Source of the DNA: Actibacterium sp. MT2.3-13A
GTDB lineage: Bacteria; Pseudomonadota; Alphaproteobacteria; Rhodobacterales; Rhodobacteraceae
NCBI RefSeq assembly: GCF_018139985.1
Contig: NZ_JAGSOU010000003.1
Span: 198,663-222,662 of the forward strand
Direction: 5' to 3'
DNA length: 24,000 bases
Part shown: in pieces, positions 1 to 7,269 of the stretch
How the letters are laid out: each line of letters opens with the position of its first letter
How positions within the stretch are numbered: position 1 is the first letter of the stretch
The notes under the pieces: model-generated
Database searches by the model: none
Seen by the model: the letters and a program-made list of their open reading frames with translations, nothing else
Told to the model about the DNA's origin: nothing
Made by a program: the position numbers and the translations under genes

Positions 1-1009
1 TTTCGGCCTTGATCATGTCATAGGCGGCCTGGGCATCGACGCCGGTGGCCGCGATCTCCTTCAGCACGGTCTCGGTCACGCCGGCGGCCAGTTCGTTGAA
101 CTTGGCGACATCGGCCTCCGAGGCCACGGTGATGGTGTTGCCCTCGGTCTGCTTGGTCAGCTCGACGCTTTCGATGTCGCCGGCGTCCCAGATCTTGCCG
201 ATTTCGCGGCTCAGCGGCTCGCCGAAGACCTTTTCCTCAAGCGCCTGCCGGATGTCCTCGGGCAGGTCGGCGAGGGCGTCCTCGTTCATGATGAAGGCGA
301 AGGAGCCGCGGTAGAACCCGCCGGGCATCTCGTACATGTGCGGCGCGACCTCGGTCAGCTTGAAGCCCTTGCGGCTGTCGATCGGCATCACCACGCCGTC
401 CGCGGCCTTGGAGGCCAGCGTCTCGTAGACCTTCGGCGCGGGGACCTGGATGCCGGTCGCGCCCAGTGCCGTGCCGACGTCGCCGCCCACGCCGCCGGGA
501 ATGCGCAGCTTGAGGCCGGCGATGGCGTCGAGGCTGTCGATCGGGTCGGCGGTGTGCAGCTGGGCCGGGCCGTGGGTGTGCAGCGCGATGACTTTGACGC
601 CGCGATGCTCCTCGGCCTTCGACAGGTATTTCTCATAGGCGCGCCAGTAGGCGACCGAGGCGGCCTCGGCATTGCCTTCGAAGCCCGGCAGTTCGATCAG
701 TTTGGTGGTGACGAAGCGACCGGCCTGGTAGCCGTGGAAGATGATCGACAGGTCGGCGGCGCCGTCCATGATCAGGTCCATCTGCGCCGGCGGCGGGGCG
801 AGGCCCAGCTTCAGCTCGGCGGTGACCTGGCCGCCGGTGGCCTCCTCGATCATCTCGACGAACTTGGGCCACATCTGCGCGTTGATGTTGTGGGTCGGCG
901 GCGCCCAACTAGAAATCGTCAGCGTGTAGTCCGCGGCGAAGGCCGCTGCGCCCGACAGCGCGAAGGCCGCGCTGGCCAGCAAAGTGCTCAGTTTCGAGAA
1001 TTTCGCCAT
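1..1009 (-). CDS. TRAP transporter solute-binding protein (DctP family); C-terminal end cut by the window edge
   Basis: Absent from the ORF track because it runs off the window. My minus-strand translation from the ATG at 1009-1007 reads MAKFSKLSTLLASAAFALSGAAAFAADYTLTISSWAPPTHNINAQMWPKFVEMIEEATGGQV...IDSLDAIAGLKLRIPGGVGG... That is a signal peptide followed by a DctP-type receptor, including the GLKLR arginine context typical of carboxylate-binding TRAP receptors. The SD GGGAGG (rc of 1015-1020) lies 5 nt upstream of the ATG. The + ORF 338..1042 is its shadow. Confidence 0.85.
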   Translation of the reverse strand, partial: MAKFSKLSTLLASAAFALSGAAAFAADYTLTISSWAPPTHNINAQMWPKFVEMIEEATGGQVTAELKLGLAPPPAQMDLIMDGAADLSIIFHGYQAGRFVTTKLIELPGFEGNAEAASVAYWRAYEKYLSKAEEHRGVKVIALHTHGPAQLHTADPIDSLDAIAGLKLRIPGGVGGDVGTALGATGIQVPAPKVYETLASKAADGVVMPIDSRKGFKLTEVAPHMYEMPGGFYRGSFAFIMNEDALADLPEDIRQALEEKVFGEPLSREIGKIWDAGDIESVELTKQTEGNTITVASEADVAKFNELAAGVTETVLKEIAATGVDAQAAYDMIKAE

Positions 1010-1064
1010 GGTTTCCTCCCTAGATGGCATTTTGTTGCGTAAGTAACAGTTTCGGGTGCAACCA

Positions 1065-3113
1065 TCAATCCTCCGCTGACGGTCGCTCCCGCTCCGCCAG
1101 CGGGCCGATGATCCACGAGCCGGGGCTCTCCTCGGCCACGCGCCGCATCGTGGCGGCGGTCTCTTCCCATCCGACCGCGGCGGCGTAGTGCATCGGCCCG
1201 CCCCGCCAGCGCGGAAAACCGTAGCCGTGGACCTGCACCATGTCGACGGCGGCATCGTCCTCGGCGATGCCCTCCGCGACGATCCGGGCGCCCTCGTTGG
1301 CCAGAACGGCCAGCAGGCGCGACGCGATCTCGTCTTCGGCGAAGTGGCGGCGCGCGATGCCTTGCGCGGCGGAATACCCTTCTATCAGGGCCTCGACCTC
1401 GGGGTCGCGGACGGGCGTGCGGCTGCCCTCTTCATAGGCATACCAGCCCTTGCCGGCGCGCTGCCCCAGCCGCCCCATCTCGCACAGCTGATCGGCGATG
1501 GTCACATAGCGTTCCTGCGCGGGGCGGCTATCGGCTTGGCGCTTGCGGTTGGCCCAGGCGATCTGCAGTCCGGTCAGGTCCTGCATCTCGTAAGGGCCCA
1601 TCGGCACGCCGAAGGCGCGCATCGCGGAGTCCACCTGGTAGGGCAGGGCGCCATCGGCCAGCAGGTAATCGGCCGCGCGCCGGTAGGCGGCCAGCATCCG
1701 GTTGCCGATGAAGCCGTCGCAGATCCCCGACAGGACCGAGATTTTCCGCAGCCGCCTGCCCAGGGCGAAGCCGGTGGCCAGAACCTCGGCCGAGGTGTCG
1801 GGAGTCTTCACGATCTCGAGGAGCTTCATCACATGGGCCGGGCTGAAGAAATGCAGGCCGAGGCAGCGGTCCTGGTTCGCGAGCCCGGCGAAAATCTCGC
1901 GCGGGTCGAGGTAGGAGGTGTTGGTGGCCAGGATCGCGTCGGGCCGCATCGCGGCGGACAGCCGGGCGAAGACCTCGCGCTTGACGGCGACATCCTCGAA
2001 CACCGCCTCGATGGCGAGGTCGGCCGCGCCTGCCTTGGCATAGTCGGTCTCGGCGGCGAAGGCGCCCATCCGCTCGCCGAGCTGCGCCTCGGTGATCTTG
2101 CCGCGCTTGAGGCCCGATTCCAGCAGCTCGCGGACGCGGGCGCGCGCGGCCTCGGCGGCTTCGTCGTCGCGTTCCAGCAGGGTCACCGGCAGGCCCGCGT
2201 TCAGCAGCGCGGTGGCGATACCCGCGCCCATCAGCCCGCCGCCGACGACGGCGACATGGGCGATCTCGCGCGGCGCGGCGCCGGTGATCGCGTCGGGTCT
2301 GGCGATCTTGCGCTCGGCAAAGAAGGCATGGCGCAGCGCGCGCGACTGCGACGAGCGGCGCAGGGCGAGGTGGCGCGCGCGTTCCCTGGGTTGGCCTTGT
2401 GCGAAGGGCAGGGCGGCCCATTGCAGCGCCTCGAGATTGTCGAGCGGGGCGGTGGCGCCCTTCGCGCGTTTGGCGATCTCGGCGCGCCTGCCCTCGATCA
2501 GCGCGGGGTCGATCCCGACCGCGGGGCGCTGGCTGACGGCCACGGGGCGGGCGGGCAGCTCGGCGGCGAAGGCGCGGGCGGCCGCGATCAGGTCGCCGCC
2601 GGCGATGGCGTCGATCCCGCCCAGCTCCAGCAGTTGCTCGGCCTTCAGAAGCGCGCCGTTGCAAGCCAGGTCGATGGCGGGCTCCATCCCGATCAGGCGG
2701 GGCAGGCGCTGGGTGCCGCCGGCGCCGGGGATCAGCCCCACGTTGACCTCGGGCAGGCCGAAGCGCGTGCCCGGCGCGGCGATCCGCCAGGCGCAGCCCA
2801 TGGCGATCTCGAACCCGCCGCCCAGAACGTTGCCGTGCAGCAGCGCGAGGAATGGCGTCGCGCTGTCCTCGATCAGTTGCACCACGTCGGGCAGGTGCGG
2901 CTCGGCCGCGGGGGCGTCGAATTCGGACATGTCGCCGCCGGCGATGAAGGTCGGCCCCTCGCAGCGCAGCACCGCCAGCTTGGCGTCCTGCGCCTGGCGG
3001 ACCGCGGCCTCCAGCCCGGCGCGGACTGCGGTCGAGGTCGCGTTCACGGGCGGATTGTTCACCACCACCCAGGCGATTTCGCCCTCGCGTTCGACTGTCA
3101 CCACGTCCGTCAT
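1065..3113 (-). CDS. Fused enoyl-CoA hydratase (crotonase) / 3-hydroxyacyl-CoA dehydrogenase; probable PaaF+PaaH-equivalent beta-oxidation enzyme of the paa pathway
   Basis: 682 aa. The N-terminal crotonase fold shows FIAGGDMSEF and GNVLGGGFEIAMGC. The central Rossmann motif is VAVVGGGLMGAGIA, followed by 3-hydroxyacyl-CoA dehydrogenase C-terminal repeats. GGGAGG SD lies upstream of the ATG at 3113. The gene is divergent from paaG. Confidence 0.9.
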   Translation of the reverse strand: MTDVVTVEREGEIAWVVVNNPPVNATSTAVRAGLEAAVRQAQDAKLAVLRCEGPTFIAGGDMSEFDAPAAEPHLPDVVQLIEDSATPFLALLHGNVLGGGFEIAMGCAWRIAAPGTRFGLPEVNVGLIPGAGGTQRLPRLIGMEPAIDLACNGALLKAEQLLELGGIDAIAGGDLIAAARAFAAELPARPVAVSQRPAVGIDPALIEGRRAEIAKRAKGATAPLDNLEALQWAALPFAQGQPRERARHLALRRSSQSRALRHAFFAERKIARPDAITGAAPREIAHVAVVGGGLMGAGIATALLNAGLPVTLLERDDEAAEAARARVRELLESGLKRGKITEAQLGERMGAFAAETDYAKAGAADLAIEAVFEDVAVKREVFARLSAAMRPDAILATNTSYLDPREIFAGLANQDRCLGLHFFSPAHVMKLLEIVKTPDTSAEVLATGFALGRRLRKISVLSGICDGFIGNRMLAAYRRAADYLLADGALPYQVDSAMRAFGVPMGPYEMQDLTGLQIAWANRKRQADSRPAQERYVTIADQLCEMGRLGQRAGKGWYAYEEGSRTPVRDPEVEALIEGYSAAQGIARRHFAEDEIASRLLAVLANEGARIVAEGIAEDDAAVDMVQVHGYGFPRWRGGPMHYAAAVGWEETAATMRRVAEESPGSWIIGPLAERERPSAED

Positions 3114-3145
3114 GCGCCCTCCCGGGGAATCGAAGCTTTCGGTTA

Positions 3146-3174
3146 TTTATTGACCAACCGTTCGGTTTATGCAA
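3146..3174 (-). promoter_or_regulatory. Putative sigma70-type promoter for the 1065..3113 gene
   Basis: On the minus strand: -35 TTGCAT (rc of 3169-3174), a 17-nt spacer, and -10 AATAAA (rc of 3146-3151), about 30 nt upstream of the ATG at 3113. On the + strand a -35-like TTGACC lies at 3150-3155, but I could not find a convincing matching -10 for paaG. Confidence 0.4.
3149..3170. promoter_or_regulatory. Putative PaaR (TetR) operator, copy 1
   Basis: ATTGACCAACCGTTCGGTTTAT. It matches 12129..12150 (ATCGACCGTGTGGTCGGTATAA) at 15 of 22 positions, in the blocks AT-GACC and TCGGT-TA. The core is ACCA-N6-CGGT and it contains the dyad AACCG-TT-CGGTT. It sits inside the spacer of the minus-strand promoter and covers the + strand TTGACC. 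Confidence 0.5.
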
Positions 3175-3209
3175 GATGCTTGTAGAAATCTTCGGAAAGG
3201 GAGGCGGGG

Positions 3210-4001
3210 ATGAGCGACACGATTCTTTCGCACAGGAATGGCGAGTGGGTTGAGATCACCCTCAATCGCCCGGACCGGCTCAACAGTTTCAACGACGAGA
3301 TGCACCTCGCGCTGCGCGCCGCGCTGGAGGAGGCCCGCGATTCGGGTGCCCGCGCGCTGCTGCTGACAGGCAGCGGCCGCGGCTTCTGCGCGGGGCAGGA
3401 CCTTGGCGACCGCGACCCGGCCAGGATGGACAGCCCGCCCGACCTCAGCCTGACACTGAGGAATTTTTACAACCCGCTGATCCGGCTGATCCGCTCGCTG
3501 GAGTTCCCGGTGATCTGCGCCGTGAACGGCGTGGCCGCGGGGGCGGGGGCCAACCTGGCGCTGGCCTGCGACATCGTCCTGGCCGCCGAGACCGCCAGGT
3601 TCATCCAGTCCTTCGCCAAGGTCGGGCTGGTGCCCGACGCAGGCGGCAGCTGGGCGCTGCCGCATCTGCTGGGCGAGGCCCGCGCCAAGGCGCTGGCCCT
3701 GACGGCCGAGCCGCTGCCCGCCCCGCAGGCCGCCGAATGGGGCCTGATCTGGAAGGCGGTCCCCGACGAGTTCCTGATGGAGGAGGCCCGCGCCCTGACC
3801 GCGCGGCTGGCCGGCGGCCCCACGGTGGGGCTGGGCCTGACCAAGCAGGCCATCCAGGCCGCCGCCGGCAACACGCTCGACCAGCAGCTTGAGCTTGAGG
3901 CGCAGTCGCAGAAGACCTGCGGCATGACCCCGGATTACGCCGAGGGCGTCAGCGCCTTCCTGCAGAAACGCGCGCCCAGCTACACGGGGAAGAAAGCATG
4001 A
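3210..4001 (+). CDS. paaG: 1,2-epoxyphenylacetyl-CoA isomerase (oxepin-CoA forming), crotonase family
   Basis: 263 aa, collinear with E. coli PaaG as I remember it: ITLNRPDRLNSFNDEMH, LLLTGSGRGFCAGQDL, FYNPL, ICAVNGVAAGAGANLALACD, ADYAEGVSAFLQKRAPSYTGK. SD AAGGGAGG upstream. Confidence 0.92.
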   Translation: MSDTILSHRNGEWVEITLNRPDRLNSFNDEMHLALRAALEEARDSGARALLLTGSGRGFCAGQDLGDRDPARMDSPPDLSLTLRNFYNPLIRLIRSLEFPVICAVNGVAAGAGANLALACDIVLAAETARFIQSFAKVGLVPDAGGSWALPHLLGEARAKALALTAEPLPAPQAAEWGLIWKAVPDEFLMEEARALTARLAGGPTVGLGLTKQAIQAAAGNTLDQQLELEAQSQKTCGMTPDYAEGVSAFLQKRAPSYTGKKA

Positions 4002-4423
4002 CACCGAAGCAACGCGCCGAACGGTCGGCCGCCGCGATGTGGGCCGAGGATCACGCCTCGCAATGGGCGGGCTTCTCGCTCGACGAGGTGGACGAGGGCG
4101 TTGCCACCCTGTCGCTGAAGGTGGAAAAGCACCATGCCAACGGCCACGGCATCTGCCACGGCGGGGTGACCTTCATGCTGGCCGACACGGCTTTTGCCTT
4201 TGCCTGCAATAGCCGCAACCAGGCCACCGTCGCGCAGCACAACAGCATCACCTTCGTGGCGCCGGGCCGGGTGGGCGACACCCTGACCGCCCGCGCCCGC
4301 GAGGTCAGCCTGACCGGGCGCAGCGGCATCTACGACGTGACCGTCACCAACCAGGACGGCGCCGTGATCGCGGAATTCCGGGGAAATTCCCGCGCGATCC
4401 GGGGTCAATTGTTCGAAGAATAA
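3998..4423 (+). CDS. paaI: Hydroxyphenylacetyl-CoA thioesterase (hotdog fold)
   Basis: 141 aa with the PaaI-type motif HGICHGGVTFMLADTAFAFACNS. Its ATGA start/stop overlaps the end of paaG (3998-4001). Confidence 0.9.
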   Translation: MTPKQRAERSAAAMWAEDHASQWAGFSLDEVDEGVATLSLKVEKHHANGHGICHGGVTFMLADTAFAFACNSRNQATVAQHNSITFVAPGRVGDTLTARAREVSLTGRSGIYDVTVTNQDGAVIAEFRGNSRAIRGQLFEE

Positions 4424-4441
4424 CCGGGCGAGGAGGACATC

Positions 4442-5752
4442 ATGAAAGACCTGACCCCCAGGAAATCCGAGCTTGATCCGATCGAGATCGCCTCGCGCGA
4501 CGAGATCGAGGCGCTTCAGCTGGAACGGCTGAAATGGTCGCTGCGCCACGCCTATGAAAACGTCCCCATGTATCGCCAGCGCTTCGACCAGAAGGGTGTG
4601 CACCCGGACGACCTGAAGTCGCTCAAGGATCTGTCGAAATTCCCCTTCACGGTGAAAACCGACCTGCGCGACAACTATCCCTTCGGCCTCTTCGCCGTGC
4701 CGCGCGAACAGATCGTGCGCCTGCATGCCTCCTCCGGCACCACCGGCAAGCCGACCGTCGTGGGCTACACGAAAAGGGACATCGACACCTGGGCCGACCT
4801 GATCGCGCGCAGCCTGCGCGCCTCGGGCACGCGGCCCGGCGACATCGTGCACAACGCCTATGGCTACGGCCTGTTCACCGGGGGGCTCGGCGCGCATTAC
4901 GGGATCGAACGGCTGGGCGCCACGGCGGTGCCCGTCTCGGGCGGCCAGACCCCCCGGCAGGTGACCCTGATCCAGGATTTCCAGCCGCACACCATCATGG
5001 TGACGCCCTCCTACATGCTGAACATCCTCGAGGAATTCCACCACCAGGGCCTCGACCCGCGCGAATGTTCCTTGCAGGTGGGCGTGTTCGGGGCCGAGCC
5101 CTGGACCAACGCCATGCGCCACGAGGTGGAACAGGCCTTCGACATGCACGCGGTCGACATCTACGGCCTCAGCGAGATCATGGGCCCCGGCGTCGCCAAC
5201 GAATGCGTCGAGACCAAGGACGGCCTGCACATCTGGGAAGACCACTTCTACCCCGAGATCATCAACCCCGAGACCGGCGAGCCGGTCGAGGACGGCGAGA
5301 TCGGCGAGCTGGTCTTCACCACGCTCACCAAGGAAGGCCTGCCGATGATCCGCTACCGCACCCGCGACCTGACGCGGCTGCTGCCGGGCACCGCGCGCTC
5401 CATGCGCCGGATGGAAAAGATCACCGGCCGCTCCGACGACATGATCATCCTGCGCGGCGTCAACGTCTTCCCCACCCAGATCGAGGAGCAGGTGCTGGCC
5501 ACCGGCGGGCTCGCCAACCATTTCCAGATCGAGCTTTTCCGCGCCGGCCGCATGGACGCCATGCGCGTGCACGTGGAATGCACCCCCGACGCTACCGACG
5601 AGGCCTCGAAAACCGCCGCCGCCCGGATGCTGACCAAGCGCATCAAGGACATCGTCGGCGTTTCGACCGAGATCGACATCAAGGATCCCGGCGAGGTAGA
5701 ACGCTCGCAAGGCAAGGCCAAGCGCGTCGTCGACAACCGGCCCAAGGAGTGA
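4442..5752 (+). CDS. paaK: Phenylacetate-CoA ligase
   Basis: 436 aa. Adenylate-forming P-loop SSGTTGKPTVVGYT, PaaK-type length and motifs (YGLSE, RYRTRDL, ITGRSDDMIILRGVNVFP). SD GAGGAGGA upstream. Confidence 0.95.
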   Translation: MKDLTPRKSELDPIEIASRDEIEALQLERLKWSLRHAYENVPMYRQRFDQKGVHPDDLKSLKDLSKFPFTVKTDLRDNYPFGLFAVPREQIVRLHASSGTTGKPTVVGYTKRDIDTWADLIARSLRASGTRPGDIVHNAYGYGLFTGGLGAHYGIERLGATAVPVSGGQTPRQVTLIQDFQPHTIMVTPSYMLNILEEFHHQGLDPRECSLQVGVFGAEPWTNAMRHEVEQAFDMHAVDIYGLSEIMGPGVANECVETKDGLHIWEDHFYPEIINPETGEPVEDGEIGELVFTTLTKEGLPMIRYRTRDLTRLLPGTARSMRRMEKITGRSDDMIILRGVNVFPTQIEEQVLATGGLANHFQIELFRAGRMDAMRVHVECTPDATDEASKTAAARMLTKRIKDIVGVSTEIDIKDPGEVERSQGKAKRVVDNRPKE

Positions 5753-5756
5753 GCAA

Positions 5757-6353
5757 GTGGTCCGCACCATCGCAAAAGACCACGATCAGAAGCGCGATCA
5801 GATCCTGAAATCGGCGGCCAAGGTGTTCGCCGACCAGGGCTTCGATCGCGCCTCGATGAGCATGCTCGCCCGCGAATGCGGGATCTCCAAGGCCAATATC
5901 TACCACTATTACGACAGCAAGGACGCGCTGCTGTTCGACATCCTCGACACCTACCTGTCCGAACTGCGCGACCAGATCTGCGGCATCCCGCTCGAGGGGC
6001 TGGCGCCCGAGGACAAGCTGCGCGCGACCATCTCGGCCACGCTCAAGGCCTATCAGGGCGCGGACAACGAGCACCGGGTGCAGAGCACGGGCATCCCCGC
6101 GCTGCCCGAGGCCCAGCAGGAAATCCTGCGCGGCTATCAGCGCGACATGGTGGGCCATATGTCCGGCCTGATCCGCGCCGTCGCGCCCGAGGTGTTCGAC
6201 AGCGACAAGGGCAAGCTCTATGCCGCCACGATGTCGGTCTTCGGCATGCTGAACTGGTTCTACATGTGGAACAGCAAGGCCGGCGCCAAGGCGCGCGAGG
6301 AGTATGCCAACCTCGTCACCGACCTCACGCTGAACGGCGTCCGGGGCCTCTGA
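5757..6353 (+). CDS. paaR: TetR-family transcriptional regulator, probable phenylacetate regulon repressor
   Basis: 198 aa with a GTG start at 5757, 4 nt after the paaK stop. The SD AAGGAG (5744-5749) lies inside the paaK 3' end. N-terminal TetR HTH: ILKSAAKVFADQGFDRASMSMLARECGISKANIYHYYDSKDALL. The symbol is assigned by context only. Confidence 0.8.
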   Translation: MVRTIAKDHDQKRDQILKSAAKVFADQGFDRASMSMLARECGISKANIYHYYDSKDALLFDILDTYLSELRDQICGIPLEGLAPEDKLRATISATLKAYQGADNEHRVQSTGIPALPEAQQEILRGYQRDMVGHMSGLIRAVAPEVFDSDKGKLYAATMSVFGMLNWFYMWNSKAGAKAREEYANLVTDLTLNGVRGL

Positions 6354-6444
6354 CCCCCTTCTTCTGGCCGCAAATGTCCCGGGGTTTGGGGCAGAGCCCC
6401 AATTGGACCCAAGGCTTGCGCCGCAGGCGCGCAATTCAACAAAA

Positions 6445-6472
6445 GGCCCCCGCCGACGCGTCGGCGGGGGCC
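6445..6472. terminator. Bidirectional intrinsic terminator between the convergent paaR and minus-strand paa operons
   Basis: Perfect 28-nt palindrome GGCCCCCGCCGACGCGTCGGCGGGGGCC, flanked by AAAA (6441-6444) on one side and TTT (6473-6475) on the other. Either strand therefore reads as a GC stem followed by a U-tract. Confidence 0.7.
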
Positions 6473-6494
6473 TTTCCAGTTCATGCAACGGGCC

Positions 6495-7256
6495 TCAGCC
6501 CGCCGTCAGCCCCAGCGGCTTCAGCACCGCACGCGCCTCGGCCGCCCAGCGGGTGCGCAGCTCCTCGCCGGTCGTCCGGCGCAGACCCATCGCCTTCAGC
6601 GCCGCGAATTTCGCCGCGTCCGCCGCGCCGAAGCTCGCCGCCACCCGCGGCCACCAGTAATCGACCGAGGCCCGCAGGGCGTCGCGCCCCGCCGGCTCCG
6701 CGACCAGCTGCGCCAGCCCCTCCTCGGCCAGTTCCGCATGGCGCGCCTCGCGCGGGGCGATGGCGCGGAAGGCCTCGGCCAGCGGCTGGTAGCTGACCAT
6801 CGCCAGTTCGGCCAGCTGCACCCCCACCGCGCGGCCCATCAGCAGGTTCATCACCACCGCGTCGGACCAGCCCTCCAGCGGGTAGTTGAACACCGCCAGC
6901 CGCATGTCGTGCTCCGACCGCGTCGTGCCGATATCGGCGTCGCGGGGCAGGCGGGCGGTCCAGGGGTGGTGGCTGGCGTAGCGTGCGGTGTCGGCGCCGA
7001 ACTCGCCCATCACCTTCAGCACCCGCTCGGCATGGTCGGTCTTTTCCAGCACGATCCGAGCGGCGGCGATGCGCTCCTTCAGCCCCGGTGCTGCGTTGAT
7101 GATGTCGGCAAACCCCGCCGCGCCCGCCAGCTCGCTGTCCACGAAGGTCGCCATCAGCTTCATCAGTTCCGCGCGGTACCGCGGCGGCACGTTGGCAGGG
7201 TTCGACAGGATGCCGCCTGCCTCCAGGTAGCGCTCGATGCTCATGTCCTCGGCCAT
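6495..7256 (-). CDS. Extra PaaA/PaaC-family (ferritin-like, 'phenylacetic acid catabolic' family) protein; seventh gene of the paaJABCDE unit
   Basis: 253 aa. By-eye alignment to the PaaA in this window: AVFNYPLEGWSDAVVMNLLMGRAV...IAPREARHAELAEEG versus [24 protein letters not shown]...[14 protein letters not shown]. The paaE stop is followed directly by an SD, TGA-GGGAGG-AACGGCC-ATG, leaving a 13-nt gap. Confidence 0.8.
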   Translation of the reverse strand: MAEDMSIERYLEAGGILSNPANVPPRYRAELMKLMATFVDSELAGAAGFADIINAAPGLKERIAAARIVLEKTDHAERVLKVMGEFGADTARYASHHPWTARLPRDADIGTTRSEHDMRLAVFNYPLEGWSDAVVMNLLMGRAVGVQLAELAMVSYQPLAEAFRAIAPREARHAELAEEGLAQLVAEPAGRDALRASVDYWWPRVAASFGAADAAKFAALKAMGLRRTTGEELRTRWAAEARAVLKPLGLTAG

Positions 7257-7269
7257 GGCCGTTCCTCCC

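Noticed and set aside
1188-3185. 665-aa + strand ORF. Similar very long antisense ORFs occur at 338..1042(+), 3980..5770(-), 7237..8844(+), 9626..12115(+), 12177..14357(-), 18431..19945(+) and 19942..22269(+).
   Set aside because: Each lies exactly opposite a gene with clear family motifs. Their translations are low-complexity and rich in Arg, Gly, Ala, His, Asp and Pro, with no recognisable domains and no SD sequences. These are typical shadow ORFs of GC-rich DNA, where stop codons are rare.
5065-5808. 247-aa + ORF in an alternative frame inside paaK, bridging into paaR.
   Set aside because: It is an out-of-frame Arg/Pro/His-rich translation nested within a gene whose own frame has unmistakable PaaK motifs.
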